A stretch of DNA of 64,000 nucleotides from an uncultured Chlamydiales bacterium (GTDB lineage Bacteria > Chlamydiota > Chlamydiia > Chlamydiales > JAAKFR01), in assembly GCA_963699155.1 (NCBI GenBank), contig OY969414.1, positions 2,219,757-2,283,756 on the forward strand. The letters run 5' to 3'. Shown one piece after another: positions 36,647 through 46,249 of the stretch. Made by a program: the position numbers and the translations under genes. Position 1 is the first letter of the stretch. The number at the start of each line of letters is the position of its first letter. The notes beneath the pieces were generated by a model. It saw nothing but the letters and a program-made list of their open reading frames with translations, did not search any database and had not been told where the DNA came from.

Positions 36647-37165
36647 ATGCGATTTCATCAAATCTCTGATAACGAACAGTTTCCACCTACGATCGTCATC
36701 CGCCATAAGAAGGAAAATCTCAAAAAATGTTCATTGCGCGGTTTAGAAAACCGTTCCGATTTTTTATTTTATCGCTATCCGCTGCAAGCGCTTCCTGCGT
36801 TGGAAAATTACCTGCTCTTATCCTTAGAGAGTGAAGTAGATCTCTCGATAGACGATCGTGATTCTGGCCTACTCCTCCTCGATGCCACCTGGAAATATGC
36901 TCAAGAGATGGGGAAAAAAATCGATTTTCCTGCAACGCTCCAGAAGCGGCGCCTCCCGGGAGAGTTGATCACAAGCTATCCTCGTCGCCAGCAAGACTGT
37001 CTCGATCCGCAACATGGCTTAGCTTCTCTCGAAGCGATCGCAGCGTCCTATGCGATTTTGGGAAGGTCGATTGAGGGGCTTCTCGATCATTATTATTGGA
37101 AAGACTCTTTTATCGAAAAAAACAAAGGGTTTCTGATAAATTGCCAGCATGCAAACAAATGTTAA
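36647..37165 (+). CDS. Tsr3/DTW-like aminocarboxypropyltransferase
   Basis: HKKENLKKCS, LLLLDATW, RRLP, SYPR, LASLEAIAA. Confidence 0.7.
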   Translation: MRFHQISDNEQFPPTIVIRHKKENLKKCSLRGLENRSDFLFYRYPLQALPALENYLLLSLESEVDLSIDDRDSGLLLLDATWKYAQEMGKKIDFPATLQKRRLPGELITSYPRRQQDCLDPQHGLASLEAIAASYAILGRSIEGLLDHYYWKDSFIEKNKGFLINCQHANKC

Positions 37166-37775
37166 AAGCCGCTTTGCTTTTCATCATCAAAATGAGGCTC
37201 TGCTTTTCCAATTTCTTTTGCATGAATCCCTCTCTGCTCACAACATTTTGAGACAAAAACCCTCACCACTGCTTCTCTGCCAAGTGATTGGACCGATCGA
37301 TCGAGAAAATGTCTGGCAAAGCATGTTGGGTCATCTGCCACGTCTGCGCCACTATTGCTCTCTCTTTATCAAATATTTTGATGAAGGGGCTTCTCCTTTA
37401 TCCCAACAGTTGCACGATACACTAGAAAGGGCCCAAAAGGTAGCTCGCAAATGCTCCCTATTTCAAGAGAAAAGTCTAGATGAACAAAAAATGCTCTACA
37501 GGCCACTCAAAAAGGAGCTTGTCAATGTGATCAAACTCCTTTTGCAGAAAGTATACGACTATAAAGAGAATCCATCGATTCTCCTTTTCTTGCTGCGCCA
37601 CCAAGAAGAGTGCCGTACCGTTTTTCGGAAACCGATTGTCAAGGATCTCTTTTCTGACATTTTTCCCGATGGCAGAGATCAGGCTTACGCCTTTCTTTCT
37701 GAAAAATTTTCACAAAAAGGGTTTGAACATCTGATTCCCTCAATAGAAACCTACCTCAAACAGCTGAGATTTTAG
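37149..37775 (+). CDS. hypothetical protein
   Basis: 208-aa ORF overlapping both neighbours in an operon. Confidence 0.7.
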   Translation: MQTNVKSRFAFHHQNEALLFQFLLHESLSAHNILRQKPSPLLLCQVIGPIDRENVWQSMLGHLPRLRHYCSLFIKYFDEGASPLSQQLHDTLERAQKVARKCSLFQEKSLDEQKMLYRPLKKELVNVIKLLLQKVYDYKENPSILLFLLRHQEECRTVFRKPIVKDLFSDIFPDGRDQAYAFLSEKFSQKGFEHLIPSIETYLKQLRF

Positions 37776-38419
37776 TGAAAGCCCATCGCGAGTTGGCTAC
37801 ATTAGTACGTGACACCCGCCTCTATCTCCAAACATTGGTGAAGGGAAAGGTAGAACCATTAGTGAAGGGAAAAGCAGAACTGTTGGTGAAGGGAAAGGTA
37901 GAGCCAGTGGTAAAGGGAGAAAGTGCCGTTGAGAAACCCGCTCCAAAAGAAGCTCCCAAAGTGGTAGTGAAGGCAGAAAGAGCCCCACAGCCTCTTCTTC
38001 CCAATCCCAAGTGGGAGCTCCATCCGATGGAACAAGCGACGCTCCCAGTGGGGCTACAGGGGAGAATTGCCTCCTCAACACAAGTTTCGGATCCCCCATT
38101 AGATCTTTGCTTAGTCTTGCCAGAAGAAAATAGCCACCACAGGCTTTTTTTAGAAAACGTCGCACGCGCCGTCACACGCTCTTTCGCTTCATCGGTCGTT
38201 GTGCTTTATCAAGAAACCCTTTTCAAAAAACCGATCAGCCGTTTTCTTCTTCTCCCTGCGGATCTCTTGCAGAAAAAATTTCCCAAAGCACGTCCCCACC
38301 ATCCGATCGTCGATGGCGGAGTAACCTGGATTCCTTTGGAACCACTCGACCTCTATGCCCTCGACATCAACGCAAAACGAGCTTTATGGATGGCTATTCA
38401 ACGTTTGTTTCAGTCATAG
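37775..38419 (+). CDS. hypothetical protein upstream of priA with 8-aa tandem repeats
   Basis: LVKGKxEx repeats; C-terminal KRALW. Confidence 0.7.
   Translation: MKAHRELATLVRDTRLYLQTLVKGKVEPLVKGKAELLVKGKVEPVVKGESAVEKPAPKEAPKVVVKAERAPQPLLPNPKWELHPMEQATLPVGLQGRIASSTQVSDPPLDLCLVLPEENSHHRLFLENVARAVTRSFASSVVVLYQETLFKKPISRFLLLPADLLQKKFPKARPHHPIVDGGVTWIPLEPLDLYALDINAKRALWMAIQRLFQS
37835..37924 (+). repeat. 24-bp in-frame tandem repeat (~3.7 copies)
   Basis: ttggtgaagggaaaggtagaacca-type units. Confidence 0.85.
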
Positions 38420-40617
38420 TTGACCTGGGACTCAATCGTCAGCTCGATTATGGGGTCCCACAGGAATGGGAGGGGCGGATTAAAAGAGGGATGCAGGTCG
38501 AAGTGCCCCTCCGTGGACAGTTGTGCGTCGGGTATATCTTCGAAATTAAGAAAGAGGCGAGCCATCCCAAGGTCCTCCCCCTCCATTCTCTCTTATCCAA
38601 TGATGAGCTTTTAACGGAGGAGATCTTCGAGCTTGTCATCTGGATGAGTCGCTACTACAATGCCCCTCTCAACCAGGTCCTCAAAACCGTTTTACCTGCA
38701 ACCATCCGCAATCAGACGCCACACAAAGAACAATTTTTTGTGAAACGCTCCTTGTCATTAGAGAAACTGCGGAAGCTCTGTATCGAGCTGCGCGAAAAGT
38801 TTCCCTCACAAGCACGCGCCCTCGATCATCTCTTAATGGCAGAGAAAGGAATGCTGCTCACTGAACTGATGGAAAAGGCTGAGATCTCACGCAGCCCCGT
38901 CGATACATTGGAAAAACAGGGCTACATCACTTTAGAAAAGGTCTGTTTCGACCGCTCGCCACTTCAGGGCGAGGAATATTTCAAAACAACCCCCAAGCAG
39001 CTCAACGAGGCGCAAGGCCAAGCTTTTGAGAAAATTACCCAGGCAGTGAAAGAGAATAAATTTGAAACCCATCTGCTCTACGGCATTACGGGGAGTGGAA
39101 AGACTGAGATCTACCTCCAGGCCATCGAATATGCGCTCGCTTTAGGAAAAAGTGCCCTCATGCTAGTACCTGAGATCTCTTTGACTGGACAGACGATCGA
39201 GCGCTTTCGCTCACGCTTTGACCAGCGGATCGCCATCCTTCACCACCGCCTAAGCCCCGGAGAGCGCTCTGACGAGTGGCGCCGGATCAAACGGGGAGAG
39301 GCCGAGATTGTCATCGGAGCCAGATCAGCCCTCTTTTGCCCTCTCCGAAACCTTGGCCTCATCATCATCGATGAGGAGCATGATGGCGCCTACAAACAGA
39401 GTGAGGAGAGCCCCTGCTATCATGCCCGCGATGTGGCCGTGATGCGCGGCAAGCTCAGCAAGGCGGTCGTCATCTTAGGAACCGCCACTCCAAGTCTCGA
39501 AAGCTACCACAATGCCAAAACGGGAAAGTACCAGATGACATTCCTACCCACACGTGCTTCCAAGGCATTTTTACCGAAAGTCCACATTGTCGACATGAAA
39601 CCTGAATATGAAAAAGCGCGCGGCTTTACCTGCTTTTCAGAACTTTTGATCGGCAAAATGAAAGAGCGGCTCGAACTGGGTGAACAGACCATTCTCTTCC
39701 TCAACCGGCGCGGCCACAACACCAGCTTGCAGTGCAAAGCGTGCGGCCATATTTTTAGCTGCCCCTCTTGCGATTTGACCCTCACCTTCCATCGTGGGGA
39801 AAATACCTTAGCGTGTCATCTCTGTGACCACCATATCTCCCCTCCCCCCAGCCGTTGCCCCAAATGCAACACGCAAGAAACTCTTAAATATCATGGTATC
39901 GGTACAGAGTCCGTAGAAAGAGCTGTGCACGCCCTTTTCCCGGAAGCACGCACCCTTCGCATCGACAGCGACACGACGCGGCATAAAGGGAGCCATGAAC
40001 GGCTCCTCAGAAGCTTCAGCACCCAAAAGGCTGATATTCTCATCGGCACCCAGATGGTCGCCAAAGGGCTCCACTTCCCCTCCGTCACGCTCGTCGCTGC
40101 CATCAATAGCGATGGAGGCCTCCATATCCCCGACTTCCGCTCTTCGGAACGCGTCTTTCAGCAGATCACCCAAGTCGCCGGCAGAGCAGGCCGCGGTGAG
40201 CTTCCCGGGGAGGTGATCATCCAGACTCAGATGCCCGATAACCTCACCATTCTCCAAGCCTCACAGCATAACTACGACGCCTTCTTCCACTCTGAAATTG
40301 AGAGCCGCAAACTCTTCGGCTTTCCCCCCTTCACCCACTTTGTCAAACTCACCTTCAGTGGCCCTGACTCCCTCAAAACCCAACAAGAGGCCGAAAAATT
40401 CCGCGCCGTAATCACTCCCCCACCCCACTCTCAAGTCCACCCCATCGTCCCCTCCGGCTACGCCAAAATCCGTGACATGTACCGCTTCCAGTGCCTCATC
40501 CGCGGCCCCAGCATCTACGCCATCAACCACTCCCTCGACCAAGCTGTGAAGCGCTATGCATTACCACGATCGATCCGCCTCCATATCGACATCGACCCAA
40601 TCTCTACTTATTATTAA
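38386..40617 (+). CDS. priA: primosomal protein N'
   Basis: GITGSGKTEIY, DEEH, four CxxC, QVAGRAGR. Confidence 0.97.
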   Translation: MDGYSTFVSVIVDLGLNRQLDYGVPQEWEGRIKRGMQVEVPLRGQLCVGYIFEIKKEASHPKVLPLHSLLSNDELLTEEIFELVIWMSRYYNAPLNQVLKTVLPATIRNQTPHKEQFFVKRSLSLEKLRKLCIELREKFPSQARALDHLLMAEKGMLLTELMEKAEISRSPVDTLEKQGYITLEKVCFDRSPLQGEEYFKTTPKQLNEAQGQAFEKITQAVKENKFETHLLYGITGSGKTEIYLQAIEYALALGKSALMLVPEISLTGQTIERFRSRFDQRIAILHHRLSPGERSDEWRRIKRGEAEIVIGARSALFCPLRNLGLIIIDEEHDGAYKQSEESPCYHARDVAVMRGKLSKAVVILGTATPSLESYHNAKTGKYQMTFLPTRASKAFLPKVHIVDMKPEYEKARGFTCFSELLIGKMKERLELGEQTILFLNRRGHNTSLQCKACGHIFSCPSCDLTLTFHRGENTLACHLCDHHISPPPSRCPKCNTQETLKYHGIGTESVERAVHALFPEARTLRIDSDTTRHKGSHERLLRSFSTQKADILIGTQMVAKGLHFPSVTLVAAINSDGGLHIPDFRSSERVFQQITQVAGRAGRGELPGEVIIQTQMPDNLTILQASQHNYDAFFHSEIESRKLFGFPPFTHFVKLTFSGPDSLKTQQEAEKFRAVITPPPHSQVHPIVPSGYAKIRDMYRFQCLIRGPSIYAINHSLDQAVKRYALPRSIRLHIDIDPISTYY

Positions 40618-40643
40618 ATGCAAAGACACAGAGACGCAAAGAG
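40617..40643 (+). repeat. degenerate solo arm of the ACGCAAAG repeat
   Basis: aatgcaaagacacagagacgcaaagag right after the priA stop. Confidence 0.65.
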
Positions 40644-40650
40644 ATAAGAA

Positions 40651-41022
40651 TTAGATGCCCCCAAAATCTTCAGAATTGGGCTGGTGAGGCGGTTTGCGGG
40701 CGATGGAGGGTTCAGCGATGTAGAGGTCGATCTTCTCTTTCTGTAATTTCTCCCTTAAGGTTATTGAACCCGCAAGGATCAGCCCGATAGCCGCTGGTAC
40801 GCATAGGTCTATTCCAAATACTCCCGATCCCACAGATGGCAATGGACCTTTGAATTTAAGAAAAACTGTAAAGGCAAGAATCCCTAAAACGAGTCCAATT
40901 ACCAGAAGAGTTGTCCCGCTTGCAATACCGCTGATTGCCAAACTACGACGTGTTCTTCCTGCTTCGGTAAGCCCTTCAGAACCATGTCTGGAATAAGCAT
41001 CTGAAATTGATTGAATTGCCAT
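40651..41022 (-). CDS. small Inc-like protein
   Basis: Ser-rich start, two hydrophobic lobes, AT-rich upstream region. Confidence 0.65.
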   Translation of the reverse strand: MAIQSISDAYSRHGSEGLTEAGRTRRSLAISGIASGTTLLVIGLVLGILAFTVFLKFKGPLPSVGSGVFGIDLCVPAAIGLILAGSITLREKLQKEKIDLYIAEPSIARKPPHQPNSEDFGGI

Positions 41023-41161
41023 AATTATCCTAACTAAATTGTTACTATAGTTAAATTATAGCTTAGTATTGTTAATGAGTTATAAAGATTAATTGCTAAA
41101 GGAATTTGTTGATAGAAAAAGGATTGAAGGAGAGGGGGGATTGATGTATGGTAGTGGGGCT

Positions 41162-41320
41162 ATGAGGCTGGTGAGAGCGTTTAGAGAGGCAAGTCGGCAG
41201 ACGAAGATCTTTTGGATCATCGCTGTGGGGGTTTTTGTGCTCTCTACTGGCATGTGTTTATATCCTTTTTTTTGGTTTCCGCAACATCGGAGTAGTGTCG
41301 AGGTGGTAAGTGATTCCTAA
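41162..41320 (+). CDS. possible small single-TM protein
   Basis: MRLVRAFREASRQTKIFWIIAVGVFVLSTGMCLYPFFW..., overlaps the lysS start. Confidence 0.35.
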   Translation: MRLVRAFREASRQTKIFWIIAVGVFVLSTGMCLYPFFWFPQHRSSVEVVSDS

Positions 41321-42899
41321 ACCTGAATATCATGAACATGAAGAGTTTCAGAATCGCTCGAAGAAATTGGAGGAGATTCGAGGGGCGGGAGTTGACCCTT
41401 ATCCTCATAAGTTTGAGCCGACTACGAGCGCCAGGCAGATCTTGGAGAAGTATGAGGGTCAAGAGGTGGGCCACAGCGAAGAGGCTGGAGAAGGGAAGAC
41501 GCCTCTTGTCAGAGTGGCTGGACGATTGATTTTGTTTCGCGCGATGGGGAAAAATGCCTTTGCCCATATCCAGGAGTCGACCCATAAGATTCAGCTGATG
41601 TTTAACCGCGACTTGACGCAGGTGGAGGGGTTGGGGAGAGGTGAACAGGTGGATGGGCTGGAGACAAGTGAGACACCGCTCAAGTTCATCGAGAAAAAGA
41701 TCGATTTGGGCGACATTATTGGAGTGGAAGGGCACCTCTTTAGGACGCAGAAGGGCGAACTGACCATTTTTGTGAAAAAGCTGACCTTGTTATGTAAGAC
41801 GCTACTGCCGCTGCCTGAAAAGCATAGTGGGTTGATCGATAAAGAGATGCGCTACCGTAAACGGTGGCTCGATCTGATCACCCATGAAGAGGTGCGTAGG
41901 GTCTTTATCATCCGGAGCAAGATGGTCGGAGTGATTCGTAACTTCATGAATGAGTGGAAGTTCATGGAAGTAGAAACGCCGGTTGTACAAAGTATCTATG
42001 GAGGTGCCGAGGCGCGCCCATTTACCACTCATCTCAATGCGATCGGACAAGATATGTTTCTGAGGATCTCATTAGAGATCTCTCTCAAGAAAATTCTCAT
42101 TGGTGGAATGGAGAGGATCTACGAGATTGGAAAGATTTTCCGTAACGAAGGGATCGATCGTACGCATAATCCTGAGTTTACGATGTTGGAAGCTTATGCG
42201 GCTTACTGGGACTATAATGATATGATGCACTTCTTGGAGCAGATGATCGAAAGGATCGCTCTCGAGCTACATGGCACGACGAAAATCAATTATACTGTTG
42301 AAGATGAGAATGTTGTGGTCGATGTGAAAGCCCCTTGGCGACGACTCAGTATGAAAGGAAGCATCAAGGAGTTTGCGGGAATCGATGTCGATGCCCTCTC
42401 CGATACCCAGATGAGACAGATATTGGTAAATGAAACAGAGGTAGATCCGAAATTCATCGATCTGAGTCCACGAGGTGGTTTAATCGCTCTTCTTTTTGAT
42501 GAGTTTGTCTCAAATAAACTGATTCAGCCGATCCATATCACCGACCACCCGATCGAAACGACGCCTCTTTGTAAACCTCACAGAGATCCTACTTTAAGGA
42601 AGGAAGGTTTTGTGGAGCGCTTCGAAAGCTACTTCTTAGGAAAAGAGCTCTGCAATGCCTATTCAGAGCTCAATGATCCCCAAATCCAACGGCAGCTCCT
42701 GGAAGAGCAGTTTGCCAAACGGGAACGGGGAGATGATCAAGCACATCCCCTTGATGAAGAATTCCTTGAGGCGATCTGCCAGGGCATGCCTCCTGCAGGC
42801 GGTATCGGCATCGGAATCGACCGATTGACGATGCTCTTCACAAATTCACCCTCCATTCGAGATGTCCTTTACTTCCCAATCATGAAAATGATATCTTAA
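41310..42899 (+). CDS. lysS: lysine--tRNA ligase (class II)
   Basis: GGAEARPF, FRNEGID, HNPEFTMLE, GIGIDRL. Confidence 0.97.
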   Translation: MIPKPEYHEHEEFQNRSKKLEEIRGAGVDPYPHKFEPTTSARQILEKYEGQEVGHSEEAGEGKTPLVRVAGRLILFRAMGKNAFAHIQESTHKIQLMFNRDLTQVEGLGRGEQVDGLETSETPLKFIEKKIDLGDIIGVEGHLFRTQKGELTIFVKKLTLLCKTLLPLPEKHSGLIDKEMRYRKRWLDLITHEEVRRVFIIRSKMVGVIRNFMNEWKFMEVETPVVQSIYGGAEARPFTTHLNAIGQDMFLRISLEISLKKILIGGMERIYEIGKIFRNEGIDRTHNPEFTMLEAYAAYWDYNDMMHFLEQMIERIALELHGTTKINYTVEDENVVVDVKAPWRRLSMKGSIKEFAGIDVDALSDTQMRQILVNETEVDPKFIDLSPRGGLIALLFDEFVSNKLIQPIHITDHPIETTPLCKPHRDPTLRKEGFVERFESYFLGKELCNAYSELNDPQIQRQLLEEQFAKRERGDDQAHPLDEEFLEAICQGMPPAGGIGIGIDRLTMLFTNSPSIRDVLYFPIMKMIS

Positions 42900-42972
42900 A
42901 ATAATAAATTAACAGTTGTAGTTTTTGCTTATAAGCAAATCAGAATAAAACGTTATTATTTAGGGGGATCAG

Positions 42973-43401
42973 ATGAGTCAGGCTAAACAAGGAGACCATG
43001 TCAAGGTTCATTTTACAGGTAAAATGGAAAATGGGGAAATCTTTGCTTCCTCCCAAGGGCGTGAGCCTCTTGAATTTGCAGTCGGTGATGGGACTGTCTT
43101 GCCCGGTGTCGATAAAGCGATCGCAGGGATGAATCCTGGCGATCATAAGACGGTGACTCTCAGCCCACAAGAGGGATTTGGAGAACAAACGGAATCTCTG
43201 ATTCTCACCGTTGACCGCTCTCACTTTCCGGAAGGCTTTGAATTGCACGAAGGTATGGAGCTACAGGTTCCCCAACCTGATGGCTCGGTGGTCTTCTTCA
43301 AAATCTTGCAGATCCTGAATAACCAAGTGAGGCTCGATGCGAACCATCCTCTTGCAGGGAAAAAGTTGACCTTTGAGTTGGATCTCTTGGAAGTCGGCTA
43401 G
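42973..43401 (+). CDS. FKBP-type peptidyl-prolyl isomerase (SlyD/SlpA-like)
   Basis: VKVHFTG, LDANHPLAGKKLTF; no His-rich tail. Confidence 0.92.
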   Translation: MSQAKQGDHVKVHFTGKMENGEIFASSQGREPLEFAVGDGTVLPGVDKAIAGMNPGDHKTVTLSPQEGFGEQTESLILTVDRSHFPEGFELHEGMELQVPQPDGSVVFFKILQILNNQVRLDANHPLAGKKLTFELDLLEVG

Positions 43402-43455
43402 TCGCTCGTCCACTTTAGATAAGATTGCTCTTTGGCCTGAGCTTCAGGGTGCGGG

Positions 43456-44463
43456 CTAGCCGCTCGTCCAATTTAGGGTTGAGGCGGTGCGATACTCTGT
43501 GACGGTCCCCTCGAAGAAATTCTTTTCTTTGTAGAGGTCGATGGCTTCACTCATCCATGTGAGGGGGTTTTCTGCATGGTAGCGCATGGGTAGCCCGATC
43601 CGCTCTAAACGACGATCGGCCAGATACTCAATATAGCGGCGGAAATGTGCGGGATTGAGTCCAAAAATCCCATGGGGAAGGGCCTCAGCCGTGTAGCGAG
43701 ACTCCAGCTCGACCGCCTCTTCGACCCGCGCGAGAATCCTCTGTTGAACATCACGAGTCCAGAGTGAAGGATTCTCCTCTTTGATGCCATTGATCAGGTC
43801 GATGCCAAAGTTGAGGTGAATGGTCTCATCGCGCAGGATAAATTCATACATCTGACAGAGACCCTTCATCTTATTCTGGCGGCGCAGAGCCAACACCATG
43901 GCAAAGCCTCCATAAAAATAGATACCTTCCAAGATGACATAGAAGCCGACGAGGTTTTCTAAAAACCTTTGGGCACCCTCAAAGGTGGCTGTCGAAAAAT
44001 CGGGCGCGATCATCTCAGCGACCAGTTGATTCTGAAAGGCCTCTTTGGCCCAGATTGAGGGGATCTTGCGATACATGTTAAAGATCTCATTGGGATCGAG
44101 CGCAAGCGATTCGCAGATGTAGACAAAGGCCTGCGCATGAATCGCCTCTTCATAGGCTTGACGAAGGAGATATTGGCGACATTCGCCTGCAGTGACGAAT
44201 TTATAGACTGTGAGGGCCAAATTATTGGAAACAAGGGTTTCGCCCGTGCTAAAAAAGCCAAAGCTGCGCAGCAGGAGTAGCCGCTCATCGGCGGTGAGCT
44301 CATCCGATTTCCAGAGGGCCACATCATCGACCATCGGGATTTCGTGGGGAAACCAGTTATTGGCACACCCATTCAGATAGTGTTCCCAGGCCCAGGGATA
44401 GCGGATAGGCATCAATGGATTGATCTCAGCGCTATCCCCATTGATCAAGCTTTTTTCACTCAT
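43456..44463 (-). CDS. nrdB: ribonucleotide reductase beta subunit, class Ic-type (Mn/Fe)
   Basis: FFSTGETLV (Glu ligand), EEAIHAQAF (Phe at the radical-Tyr position), EGIYFYGGF, RDETIH, KNFFE...EY. Confidence 0.9.
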   Translation of the reverse strand: MSEKSLINGDSAEINPLMPIRYPWAWEHYLNGCANNWFPHEIPMVDDVALWKSDELTADERLLLLRSFGFFSTGETLVSNNLALTVYKFVTAGECRQYLLRQAYEEAIHAQAFVYICESLALDPNEIFNMYRKIPSIWAKEAFQNQLVAEMIAPDFSTATFEGAQRFLENLVGFYVILEGIYFYGGFAMVLALRRQNKMKGLCQMYEFILRDETIHLNFGIDLINGIKEENPSLWTRDVQQRILARVEEAVELESRYTAEALPHGIFGLNPAHFRRYIEYLADRRLERIGLPMRYHAENPLTWMSEAIDLYKEKNFFEGTVTEYRTASTLNWTSG

Positions 44464-44465
44464 CT

Positions 44466-44702
44466 CTACTTGCCGAGCAAAGAGCGTGCCAGGGCGCGTC
44501 CTCCCTCTGTGAGAGTGATCTCCTCAGGGCCATAGGATTTGATAAAGTTAGCTTTAGCAAGCCCTTTGATGATCTCGCGGAGCAGCACTTCACGGAAGCC
44601 CAATTTTTTAGCGATTTTTTGGGGATTGACACTCCCTTCGAGATTGCCAGCTGCTTGGAGGGCTTTGTAGATTTCGATTAAAAAGCGCTCATCTTTGGTC
44701 AT
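44466..44702 (-). CDS. small winged-helix-like hypothetical protein
   Basis: IAKKLG...GLAKANFI...ITLTEGG; coupled to cysS. Confidence 0.65.
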   Translation of the reverse strand: MTKDERFLIEIYKALQAAGNLEGSVNPQKIAKKLGFREVLLREIIKGLAKANFIKSYGPEEITLTEGGRALARSLLGK

Positions 44703-46159
44703 TTCTTTTTCAACCTGACTCCATGGGCAGTATCTTCGATGAGGTAGCCTGCGCAGGTGATCTCGTTACGGAACTGGTCGGCTAGCGCCCAGTTTTTCTC
44801 TTTTCGAGCACTCTCTCGCTTTTCCAATAGCTCTTGGAGATAGGGAGGGGCATGCTCTTCCCTGTCAAAACTTAAAACACCGAGAACTCGATTGAATTCT
44901 TCAACCACTGTGAGCACTTTCAAGGCATCACCTGGACCTAATTGACCCTCTGTTTCCAAGACATTGATCTGATGCATCATCTCGAAAAGAGCCGCAAGGG
45001 CCACGGAGATGTTCAGATCGTCTGCCATAGCCGATGAGAAATCATCGACAGCCTTCTGAAGGATCTCCCGCACTGATCCCGTTGGCTCTGCTGATGGATC
45101 TGCCAGCTCTTGCATCCGTTGGATAAAATCGTTGAGGCGGGTAAGAGAGACTTTTGCCCCCTCCAACCCCTCGAAGGTGAAATTGAGTTGGGTACGATAA
45201 TGGGTATGCATCAGCATATAGCGCACCTCCATCCCAGAGTAACCTTTTTTCAACAGGTCGCGGAGAGTGTAAAAATTGCCCAAGCTCTTCGACATTTTTT
45301 TGTGGTTGACGATGAGATGTTCGGAATGGACCCAGAGGCGGACAAAGGTCTTTCCAGAGAGTGCTTCCGATTGGGCGATCTCATTTTCATGATGGGGAAA
45401 AATATTGTCGACCGCCCCACAGTGAATATCGATCGTCTCCCCTAGCAGCGACATCGCCATTGCAGAGCACTCCAGATGCCATCCAGGACGGCCCGGACCA
45501 AAAGGGCTGTTCCAGTAAATATTGCCATCTCTCTTTTCATCGTAAGATTTCCAGAGCACAAAGTCAGAGACATGATCCTTCTCATATTCATCACAAGCGA
45601 CCCTAGCGTCACCAGCACCGACTTTGAGCTCCTCAAGATTTAAGTGGGAGAGGCGGCCATAACGGGGACATTGGTCGATCGCATAGTAGATGCTCTTATC
45701 TTTGCTATGGTAGGCGATCCCTTTGTCGATCAGTTTCTGGATAAAGTCGACCATCTGGGGGATGTAATCGGTCGCGGCAGGATAGTTTTCGGCCCTCTCG
45801 ATGCCGAGCGATTGCAGATCGACAAAAAAGGCATTTCTGAAGGGTTGTGTGAAGTCGGCCAGACTTTGATTCGATTCAATCGCTCCTCGGATGGTCTTAT
45901 CGTCCACATCGGTGATATTCATCACCTGCGTGACTTGAAAACCAAAAAACTTGAAAGTCCTCCTCAAAATGTCTTCAAATACATAGGTGCGGAAGTTGCC
46001 GATGTGGGCAAAGTGGTAGACAGTCGGCCCACAGGTGTACATTTTGACATGGTTGTCGTGGGAAGGGCGAAAGGTCTCTTTTTGCCGACTCTCTGAATTA
46101 AAGAGATGGAGCTCCTTCTTCGGAAAAGTCAACTCTTCCTCAGACTGTTTTCTGGCCAT
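44699..46159 (-). CDS. cysS: cysteine--tRNA ligase
   Basis: CGPTVY, HIGN, GRPGWHLECS, KMSKS. Confidence 0.97.
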   Translation of the reverse strand: MARKQSEEELTFPKKELHLFNSESRQKETFRPSHDNHVKMYTCGPTVYHFAHIGNFRTYVFEDILRRTFKFFGFQVTQVMNITDVDDKTIRGAIESNQSLADFTQPFRNAFFVDLQSLGIERAENYPAATDYIPQMVDFIQKLIDKGIAYHSKDKSIYYAIDQCPRYGRLSHLNLEELKVGAGDARVACDEYEKDHVSDFVLWKSYDEKRDGNIYWNSPFGPGRPGWHLECSAMAMSLLGETIDIHCGAVDNIFPHHENEIAQSEALSGKTFVRLWVHSEHLIVNHKKMSKSLGNFYTLRDLLKKGYSGMEVRYMLMHTHYRTQLNFTFEGLEGAKVSLTRLNDFIQRMQELADPSAEPTGSVREILQKAVDDFSSAMADDLNISVALAALFEMMHQINVLETEGQLGPGDALKVLTVVEEFNRVLGVLSFDREEHAPPYLQELLEKRESARKEKNWALADQFRNEITCAGYLIEDTAHGVRLKKK

Positions 46160-46249
46160 ACTTAAACCTGCGTGATTAATCCACGAGAGTAAGCTAGACG
46201 TGGGTTATGTCTCAAGAGCTTTTTGATCGGACACGGGGACGAGAATTGG

